Below are positions 8,868 to 15,725 of a DNA stretch of 32,000 nt, one piece after another (the first letter of the stretch is position 1; each line of letters begins with the position of its first letter). Location: assembly GCA_039630085.1 (NCBI GenBank), contig JBCNVM010000006.1:1-32000 (forward strand). Direction: 5' to 3'. This DNA is from Candidatus Caldarchaeales archaeon. Lineage in GTDB: Archaea; Thermoproteota; Nitrososphaeria_A; Caldarchaeales; Calditenuaceae. The position numbers were made by a program, and so were the translations under genes. The notes under the pieces were generated by a model. That model did not search any database and had not been told where the DNA came from. It was given only the letters and a program-made list of their open reading frames with translations.

Positions 8868-8876
8868 GTTAAATAC
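8868..8876 (+). promoter_or_regulatory. TATA-like box upstream of the SMC-like gene
   Basis: GTTAAATAC lies about 30 nt upstream of ATG 8905. Confidence 0.35.
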
Positions 8877-8904
8877 GGATCGGGGCGAGGGGCACGGGGG
8901 AAGG

Positions 8905-10647
8905 ATGGTCAAGGTCTACGGGCCGCTGGAGGAGGCGAGGCCGGCGCTGAGGAGGGTCCACGTAAGGGAGGTGGTGCTGGAAAACTTCATGTCGCACGAG
9001 TACAGCAGGGTAAGGATATCGAGGGGGATCAACCTGATCACCGGCCCCAACGGCGCCGGGAAGTCCTCGATACTGCTCGGGATCTCGGTAGCGCTGGGTC
9101 AGAGCTACACCGAGAGGGGCGAGAGGCTCGCGGACCTCATCAGGAGGGGCCGGGACTCCGCGAGGGTGTCGGTCGTGCTGGACAACTCGCCGCTCGACGG
9201 CGAGCGCCCCGTTAAGTCGATCCCGCTCGACACCATCACGATCACCCGGTACATCAAGAGGACCGGAGAGTACTGGCACTACGTCAACAACAGGTTCAGG
9301 ACGAAGGCCGAGGTCGACCAGCTACTAAGGTCCCTTGGGATCAACCCGAACAACCTCCTGATCGTGATGCACCAGAACATGATCGAGGAGTTCGCGGCCC
9401 GCGACGACGCCGAGAAGCTCAGGATGCTCGAGGACGCCGTCGGCCTCTCGTCGATGAGGGAGAGGATCCTCCAGGCGCAGGAGAGGCTCTCGTCCCTGAT
9501 CGGCGAGGTGAACGCGGTGAGGAGGGCCCTCGAGGAGGCGGCGGCCGCCGTTGAGTACTGGAGGTCCGAGGTCGAGAAGCTCTCGAGGAAGAGGGAGCTA
9601 GAGTCGAGGAGGGCGGCCCTAGAGCTGGAGTACCTCTGGAGCCTCGCGAGGTCGACGGAGCTGGCGGCGATGAGGAAGTCGGAGCTGCTCGACCGGGTCA
9701 GGTCCGAGCTCTCCGAGCTCAGGACCGAGGAGGCCGAGGTCTCCGAGAGGCTCAGGTCGGGGAGGTCCGCGCTCGCGGAGCTGCTCAGGTCCGGAGCCGG
9801 CGACGCCGAGTCAATCCTGAGGGAGGTAGACGGGCTGATCGAGCTGGCGGCGCGGAGGGGCGTGATCGGCTACAGGATCGGCGAGCTGGAGAGGGAGGAG
9901 AGGGACCTCGAGAGGGAGATCAGGGCCCTCGAGAGAGAGCTCGAGGAGAGGACGAGGGCCGCGTCGGAGAGGGGGCCGCGGGTCGAGACCGACCGGGAAC
10001 CCACGGAGGTCCAAGAGGAGCTGAAGTTCGTGGCGCTCCAGCTCTCCTCGATCGGGACCGTCGTCGGCGAGGCGGAGGAGATGTACTTCATGGCGGACTC
10101 GAAGTTCAGGGGCCTCCAGATCCGGGCCGAGGAGCTGGAGCAGAACGTCAAGAGGGCGCTCGAGGAGGTCGAGCACCGCAAGAGGGTCTGGAGGGAGAAG
10201 CTCGAGGAGCTGGTTGAGGAGGTCAACCCCGTCTACGACGAGATCCTCTCCAGCGTCGGGGGAACCGGCGCGATCAGGCTCAGGGGACTCGAGGACCCAG
10301 CGACCGCGAGGCTCGAGCTCTACGCGGGCTTCAGGGGGAACCCGGCGACGCTCCTCGACGCGAGGACCCACAGCGGCGGCGAGAGGGTGCTGGCGACGCT
10401 CGGCTTCCTGCTCGCGGTCCAGTCCAGGGTCAAGTCGCCCTTCAGGGCCGTCGACGAGTTCGACGTCCACCTCGACCCTCTGAACAGGGAGAGGATGATG
10501 ACGATGCTCCTCGAGACCGCTCGGAGGCACGGCGACGTCCAGTACATCATCATCACGCCCGGCAGGGTCCCCGAGATGGACGGGGTCAACCTGATCGTGG
10601 TCCAGAACGTCTCCGGGCGCTCGATCGTGACGGGAGGTCAGGTATGA
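8905..10647 (+). CDS. Short SMC-superfamily ATPase: hinge-less, no zinc hook, SMC5/6-like head motifs
   Basis: N-terminal head LENFMSHEY...INLITGPNGAGKSSILLGISVALGQ (Walker A). Q-loop-like IVMHQNMIEEFA. About 240 aa of heptad-rich coiled coil with a Gly-rich turn (LLRSGAGDAES). C-terminal head HSGGERVLATLGFLLAVQ (signature) and SPFRAVDEFDVHLDPLNR (Walker B/D-loop). No Cys residue anywhere in the arm. Confidence 0.8.
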   Translation: MVKVYGPLEEARPALRRVHVREVVLENFMSHEYSRVRISRGINLITGPNGAGKSSILLGISVALGQSYTERGERLADLIRRGRDSARVSVVLDNSPLDGERPVKSIPLDTITITRYIKRTGEYWHYVNNRFRTKAEVDQLLRSLGINPNNLLIVMHQNMIEEFAARDDAEKLRMLEDAVGLSSMRERILQAQERLSSLIGEVNAVRRALEEAAAAVEYWRSEVEKLSRKRELESRRAALELEYLWSLARSTELAAMRKSELLDRVRSELSELRTEEAEVSERLRSGRSALAELLRSGAGDAESILREVDGLIELAARRGVIGYRIGELEREERDLEREIRALERELEERTRAASERGPRVETDREPTEVQEELKFVALQLSSIGTVVGEAEEMYFMADSKFRGLQIRAEELEQNVKRALEEVEHRKRVWREKLEELVEEVNPVYDEILSSVGGTGAIRLRGLEDPATARLELYAGFRGNPATLLDARTHSGGERVLATLGFLLAVQSRVKSPFRAVDEFDVHLDPLNRERMMTMLLETARRHGDVQYIIITPGRVPEMDGVNLIVVQNVSGRSIVTGGQV

Positions 10648-11390
10648 GGCCGGTGGAGGTCAGGGTCGAGGAGCTCCGGAGGATGGCGGCGGCCCTCGAG
10701 TCGGTCCTTAGCATGAAGGTCGAACCATTCACCGTCAACGTCTCCTCCCTCCTCAGGAGGCTCAGGTCGATCATCGAGGAGAGCAGGGACCTAGAGACGG
10801 TCGTCCTCGACGCCGAGGTCCTCTACAGAGTCTCAGTGGTCCTGGGACTCCAGCAGAGGTACATCCTCCAGAGCGCCTCCTCGCTGCTGGTCGACTCCCA
10901 GCTGGTCGTCGCGAAGGTCCTCAGGTCCGAGCCCCACGAGCTCGCAGCGTCCTTCGTCTCTGCGTGGCGCCCCATCGCGAGGGTCGAGCACGTCACAACT
11001 CCCCTGCTCATCAGGGCCTACGAGCACTTCCTCTCGCTCCCGGGGAAGCCGTTGAGGGTCGAGGTCGGGCCGTCCGCGGAGGAGAGGGCCCCGGGCTGGG
11101 AGGCCTACGAGGCTGCGTTCGAGGAGGAGCTGAGGTCGCTGAGGGCGGAGCTCGAGTCCACGGGCGGCTGGGTCGACTACTGGGAGTTCGTCTCGAGGGA
11201 GGGCGACCGCCGTAGGGCCGGCAGGGCCTACCTCCTGAGCTTCCTCATCACCCGGGGCGAGGCCGAGGTCCGGTACGACCCGCTCAGGGAGGAGATCAAG
11301 GTGAGGGCCGCGACCTCTCCGCAGCAGAGGAGGGAGGGCGACGTCCTCTCGCTGGTGATATCGCTGGGTCGGATCGGACAGGGCGGCTGA
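10644..11390 (+). CDS. Kleisin-like (ScpA-like) protein, translationally coupled to the SMC-like ATPase
   Basis: ATGA start/stop overlap at 10644-10647. N-terminal region LDAEVLYRVSVVLGLQQRYIL resembles the kleisin N-domain pattern (LD.a.EYLvmAa.L..iKs..L). C-terminal VDYWEFVS...GRAYLLSFLITRGEAEVRYDPLREEIKVRA resembles the ScpA winged-helix pattern (tFLALLEL.k.g.i.l.Q.e.fgeI.i). Judged by eye only. Confidence 0.55.
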   Translation: MRPVEVRVEELRRMAAALESVLSMKVEPFTVNVSSLLRRLRSIIEESRDLETVVLDAEVLYRVSVVLGLQQRYILQSASSLLVDSQLVVAKVLRSEPHELAASFVSAWRPIARVEHVTTPLLIRAYEHFLSLPGKPLRVEVGPSAEERAPGWEAYEAAFEEELRSLRAELESTGGWVDYWEFVSREGDRRRAGRAYLLSFLITRGEAEVRYDPLREEIKVRAATSPQQRREGDVLSLVISLGRIGQGG

Positions 11391-11460
11391 GCGACGGACT
11401 CAACCCATGGCCAATCCCCCGGCCTCCGGGCTCCACTTCCGGCAGGGTTGAGTAGCGGGT

Positions 11461-11530
11461 CCACTTTCGGAGCGCACTCGGACTTTCGGGAGACCCTCCG
11501 TGGATTTCGGGGACCTCGACCGCCTTCGGG
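11461..11530 (+). repeat. Four phased TTTCGG/TTCGGG direct repeats about 20 bp apart, just upstream of ATG 11534
   Basis: ccacTTTCGGag (TTCGG at 11466), ggacTTTCGGGag (11485), ggaTTTCGGGGa (11506), cgccTTCGGGcc (11525). Spacings are 19, 21 and 19 nt. A related CACTTCCGG lies at 11434-11442. Confidence 0.5.
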
Positions 11531-11533
11531 CCG

Positions 11534-11815
11534 ATGGGCAGGACCGTCCCGACGTACAGGCAGAGGCTCCTGGCCGAGCTCGAGAGGTGGAGGTGCTTCA
11601 GGTCGGCGCTCCTGAGGGAGGAGAGGGAGGACTTCGACGGGCTGGTGGACCAGGCCTTCTCCTACGTCCACGCGGGCTCCATGTGCCCAGATAGGGAGGC
11701 TTTCGAGGTGCTGGTGTTCTCGCTGCTCCTCGCCCACGAGTCGAGGCTCAGGTCGCTCGAGAGGGCGGCCGGCCTCGAGGCTCCCAGGGTCGGGACGAAG
11801 GGGCTTGATCGGTAG
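11534..11815 (+). CDS. Small alpha-helical protein of unknown function; its 3' end overlaps the PolB start
   Basis: 93 aa: MGRTVPTYRQRLLAELERWRCFRSALLREEREDFDGLVDQAFSYVHAGS...FEVLVFSLLLAHESRLRSLE. Composition is protein-like. It overlaps the PolB TTG start by 11 nt in a different frame. It looks like a conserved archaeal hypothetical, but I cannot name the family. Confidence 0.5.
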   Translation: MGRTVPTYRQRLLAELERWRCFRSALLREEREDFDGLVDQAFSYVHAGSMCPDREAFEVLVFSLLLAHESRLRSLERAAGLEAPRVGTKGLDR

Positions 11816-13988
11816 GCTGCTGGACCTGAACGTCACGCCCGACGGCGAGGCGGTCGAGCTCTGGCTCAAGTCCGGAGAGTCCCGGGTCGAGAGGGTCCGC
11901 GTCGGGTGGAGGCCCTCGGTCTGCGCGGTCGGGCCCGAGAGCGCGCTGGAGGAGCTCGCGAGGGCGTTCGGCGAGCGCTCGGAGCAGGTAATGGCCTCGG
12001 AGGAGCCCGGGAAGGAGCCGAGGCCGGCGCTGAGGATTAGGGCGAGGGCTTGGGAGAGGAGGGAGCTCGCGAGGCGGATCGAGTCGTCCTTCGGGAGAGG
12101 AGGTGTCAGGGTCTACGACGTTGACGTCCCGGTGCTGCAGCAGTTCCTCTACGAGCACGGGCTCTTCCCCACCGCGCTGGTCGAGGTCGCGGGAGACCGG
12201 CTGAGGGCCCTCGACTCGAGGGAGGACGCGGACTACGATGTCTCGTGGGTCAGGGTCGTGGAGCTCGAGGTCTCGACGCGGGGAGGCTCGGCCTACCCCG
12301 ACTTCGACGAGCCCCTGAGGTCCTTGAGGCTGAACTCCGGGGAGGGAGAGGTGGAGCTGGAAGGCGACGAGCCCGGCGTCCTCGAGGAGCTGAAGAGGGC
12401 CGTGGAGCCCTTCGACGTGCTGCTGGTCAGGGGCGGCGACTCCTTCGCGATGCACTACCTCCGCCACAGGGCGTCGGTCAACGGCGTCGAGCTCGAGCTT
12501 GGGAGGGACAGGTCCCCGAGGCCGAGGAGGGACTCGAGGGCCTACTGGAGCTACGGCAGGGTCTACAGGAGGCACAGCGCCTTCAGGCTGAGGGGAAGGG
12601 TCCACGTCGACCCGCTCAACTCCTTCGTCTACGCCCACTCGGGGCTCAACGGCCTCCTCGAGGTAGCTAGGACCTGCGTCGTCCCGCTCCACGACGCCGC
12701 GAGGTACACGATCGGGCAGTGCATGACCTCCCTTCAGTTCGAGGTCGCGAACAGGAGGAACGTCCTCGTGCCTTGGAAGGCCGGAAGGCCGCTCTACTTC
12801 ACCCTCGGGGAGCTCAGCCTGATGGACAGGGGAGGCCTCACGCTCGACCACAGGCCCGGAGTCTACTGGGGAGTCGCGGAGATCGACTTCCAGAGCATGT
12901 ACCCGATGATCATCCTGACGAGGAACGTAAGTGCCGAGACCGTGAACTGCGGGTGCTGCGGCGGCCGCGGAACGCCGGTCCCTGAGATCGGAGGCCACAC
13001 CTGCTCGAGGAGGGTCGGGCTCGTCCCGGAGGCGATATCGCTCCCGCTCAGGAAGAGGCTCGCCTACAAGTCGATGCTCAGGGAGGGGAGGGGCGACCCG
13101 GAGGTCCTCGGGGCGAGGTCGGACGCGCTGAAGTGGGTCCTCGTCTCGTCCTTCGGATACCTGGGCTTCAGGAAGGCTAAGTTCGGGTCGAGGCTCGCCC
13201 ACATGGCCGTCTGCGCCCACGCCAGGGACGCGTTGTTGAAGGCGGTGAGGGTCGCGGAGCGGATGGGCTTCGAGGTCGTCCACGGGATCGTCGACTCGCT
13301 CTGGGTCAGGAGGGAGGGCGCGGCGGAGGAGGACTACCTGGAGCTGGTGAAGGCGATCGAGGAGGAGACCGGCCTGCCCGCGGCCCTCGAGGGGACCTAC
13401 CGGTGGATCGCGTTCCTCCCATCGAAGTCCTCTCCGCTCAGGCCCGTCAACGGGAGGTACTTCGGCTTCAAGACCGACGGCAGGGTGAAGTTCAGGGGGA
13501 TAGAGGCGAGGAGGTCGGACACGCCGCCGCTGGTCAGGAGGATGCAGCTGGAGATGCTCGAGGTCCTCTCGAGGGTCGAGGCCCCCGAAGACCTTCCGGG
13601 CGCAGCGGAGGAGTGCGTCGGCGTGCTGAGGAGGTACGAGAGGGACCTAGTCCTCGGGAGGGTGGGCGTGGAGGACCTGGTGGTGACGGTGAGGCTCTCG
13701 AGGGACCCCCTCGGTTACGTCAACAGGGTCAGGCAGGCGGCGGCAGCGAGGAGGCTCCTGAGGATGGGCGTGGAGGTCGGGGCCGGGAGCGCCGTCAGCT
13801 ACGTCGCCCTCGGAGAGGGCTCCGCGCCCTACCCTTCGGAGGAACCAATCAGCCCCGCCTGCTGCTCGACGAGGTTCTACCTGAACGCGCTCAGGAGGGC
13901 CGCGGAGACGATCATCTCGCCGCTGGTCCGGGCCGCGGCCGAGGCGCGCGGTGGACCCGTCGCCGTCAGGGCCTCAGCAGCACCTTGA
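11805..13988 (+). CDS. polB: Family B DNA polymerase with degenerate exonuclease and polymerase motifs (PolB2-like)
   Basis: Motif A DFQSMYPMIILTRN is intact. Motif B is KWVLVSSFGYLGF, versus the usual K...NS.YG. Motif C is VVHGIVDSLWV, versus YGDTDS. The K.Y/thumb region reads GRYFGF...FRGIEARRSDTPPLV. The Exo I position reads VVELEVST (no D.E) and the Exo II position GGDSFAMHYL (versus N...FD..Y). Length 727 aa, no intein. Confidence 0.8.
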   Translation: MIGRLLDLNVTPDGEAVELWLKSGESRVERVRVGWRPSVCAVGPESALEELARAFGERSEQVMASEEPGKEPRPALRIRARAWERRELARRIESSFGRGGVRVYDVDVPVLQQFLYEHGLFPTALVEVAGDRLRALDSREDADYDVSWVRVVELEVSTRGGSAYPDFDEPLRSLRLNSGEGEVELEGDEPGVLEELKRAVEPFDVLLVRGGDSFAMHYLRHRASVNGVELELGRDRSPRPRRDSRAYWSYGRVYRRHSAFRLRGRVHVDPLNSFVYAHSGLNGLLEVARTCVVPLHDAARYTIGQCMTSLQFEVANRRNVLVPWKAGRPLYFTLGELSLMDRGGLTLDHRPGVYWGVAEIDFQSMYPMIILTRNVSAETVNCGCCGGRGTPVPEIGGHTCSRRVGLVPEAISLPLRKRLAYKSMLREGRGDPEVLGARSDALKWVLVSSFGYLGFRKAKFGSRLAHMAVCAHARDALLKAVRVAERMGFEVVHGIVDSLWVRREGAAEEDYLELVKAIEEETGLPAALEGTYRWIAFLPSKSSPLRPVNGRYFGFKTDGRVKFRGIEARRSDTPPLVRRMQLEMLEVLSRVEAPEDLPGAAEECVGVLRRYERDLVLGRVGVEDLVVTVRLSRDPLGYVNRVRQAAAARRLLRMGVEVGAGSAVSYVALGEGSAPYPSEEPISPACCSTRFYLNALRRAAETIISPLVRAAAEARGGPVAVRASAAP

Positions 13989-14925
13989 GCGTCCCCGGAG
14001 AGGACGCGGCCGCGAAGGCCTCCCGGTGCTCCTCGAGCCTGTAGATGGCGTCTATCAGCCTTCTGACGTCGACGAGCCCCCTCTCCAGCGCCCTGATGGC
14101 CGGCCTGAAGGGGCCGCACCTCGAGCCTACGACGTGAACCTCGTCGACGACGACCTTCGCGAGGTCGATCCTGTACTCGGCGGCGATCGTGGACTTCAGG
14201 ACCAAGTAGCCCCTCGGCCTGACGAGCTTCAGCGCGGTCGCCAGCCCCTCCGCCCTCCCCGTGGCCTCGACCACGAGGTCGTAGGAGGACTCGTCGCCCG
14301 GAGCCAGGCCCTCGGCCGCGTCGATCCCGAGCTCCCTCAGCAGCCCTATCTTCCTCCCGTGCTTCCCGATCACCCTCAGCCTCGAGACCCTGTCCCTCAG
14401 GACCTGCGCGATCAGGTTCGCGAGCCTCCCGTCGCCGACCACGCAGGCGCTCCAGCTCGGGTCGACGTGGACCTGCTCGAGGACCTCGAAGGCCGCGGCG
14501 AGGGGCTCAACGAAGACGGCCCTCTCGTCCTCGACCGAGTCCGGAACCCTGTGTAAGTTCTCGGCCGGAAGCCTCAGGTACTCCGCGAACGCTCCGTCCC
14601 TCCCCTTGATCCCGAGGACGGTCCTGTTCCTGCAGTGCCTCCTCAGCCCGACCGAGCACATGTCGCACCTCCCGCAGGCGGCGTTGATCTCTCCCACCAC
14701 CCTCGCGCCCACGAGGTCGCTCCTGTCCGACTCGACCACCTCGCCGACGAACTCGTGCCCCGGGACTCCCCTGAAGCCCGCGTAACCCTTCAGTATCTGG
14801 AGGTCGGTGCCGCAGATCCCCGCGAGCCTCACCCTGATCAGCGCCTCGCCGTGCCGTTCGACCGAGTGATCCTCCACGAGCCTGATCTCCCGGCCGTCGA
14901 AGTAGAGAGCCTTGCATCTCACCAT
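13966..14925 (-). CDS. Zn-dependent medium-chain alcohol/threonine-type dehydrogenase
   Basis: GICGTDLQILKGY...VPGHEFVGEVVE (catalytic Zn site) and CGRCDMCSVGLRRHC (structural Zn). The start ATG is 1 nt after the EcfT stop. The 3' end overlaps the PolB 3' end by 23 nt (convergent). Confidence 0.85.
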   Translation of the reverse strand: MVRCKALYFDGREIRLVEDHSVERHGEALIRVRLAGICGTDLQILKGYAGFRGVPGHEFVGEVVESDRSDLVGARVVGEINAACGRCDMCSVGLRRHCRNRTVLGIKGRDGAFAEYLRLPAENLHRVPDSVEDERAVFVEPLAAAFEVLEQVHVDPSWSACVVGDGRLANLIAQVLRDRVSRLRVIGKHGRKIGLLRELGIDAAEGLAPGDESSYDLVVEATGRAEGLATALKLVRPRGYLVLKSTIAAEYRIDLAKVVVDEVHVVGSRCGPFRPAIRALERGLVDVRRLIDAIYRLEEHREAFAAASSPGTLKVLLRP

Positions 14926-14926
14926 C

Positions 14927-15724
14927 TCAGATCACGTGCGGGAAGACGACGCCGTAACCGTTCAGCCTCAGGTAGACCGAGAGGGCCGCGAGGAAGAGGA
15001 CCGTCGCGGTGAAGGCCGCGTCCCTCGCCCTGAACCTCAGGTCCAGCAGGTAGCTCCTCTTCGCGGTCGGGACGAACCCCCTGGACTCGATCGCGAGCGG
15101 CAGCTCCCCGAACCTCCGCATCGTCGTGATGAAGAGCGGCACGATCACCGCCGCCGAGTTCCTCATCCTCGAGAAGACGCTGCCCTTGACCAAGTTGACC
15201 CCCCTCGCCCTCTGGGCCGCGAGGATCGTCAGCCCGTCGCCGACCATCGCAGGTATGAACCTGAAGACCGCGGAGACCCCGAAGGCCATCGAGTAGGGCA
15301 TCCCGAGCTTCGTCAGGGCCAGCTCCAGGTCCTCGATCCTCGAGGTGGTGAGGAGCAGCAGGCCCGAGAGGACCATCGCGACCAGCCTGAAGGCGACCGC
15401 GAGGGCGTACATCACCGACTCCTGCGTGAACGCGACCCCCGCGAGCTGGAAGAGGACCGTCTCGCCTCCCCTCCTGAAGAGCGGCCAGAGGACCAGGCTC
15501 ATGACGGCCAGCGAGACCAGCCCGAACCAGAACATCTTCAGCCTCGAGGCGACCCCCGACGAGAGGACCATCGCGAGCACCGCGGCGAGGACCGTTCCAG
15601 TGTAGAGCGGGTGGTTGAAGACCGAGGACCAGACGAAGACGCAGACGACGAACGCGATCTTCGCCCTCGGGTCGAGGGAGTGGAAGAAGCTCCTACCCTC
15701 GACGTATAGGATGTATTTCGACAC
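14927..15724 (-). CDS. ecfT: ECF transporter transmembrane (T) component, EcfT/CbiQ family
   Basis: 265-aa polytopic membrane protein with FHSLDPRAKI... and ...ILAAQRARG.. patterns typical of CbiQ/EcfT. Its GTG start is 1 nt after the stop of the fused ATPase gene. Confidence 0.8.
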   Translation of the reverse strand: MSKYILYVEGRSFFHSLDPRAKIAFVVCVFVWSSVFNHPLYTGTVLAAVLAMVLSSGVASRLKMFWFGLVSLAVMSLVLWPLFRRGGETVLFQLAGVAFTQESVMYALAVAFRLVAMVLSGLLLLTTSRIEDLELALTKLGMPYSMAFGVSAVFRFIPAMVGDGLTILAAQRARGVNLVKGSVFSRMRNSAAVIVPLFITTMRRFGELPLAIESRGFVPTAKRSYLLDLRFRARDAAFTATVLFLAALSVYLRLNGYGVVFPHVI

Positions 15725-15725
15725 A

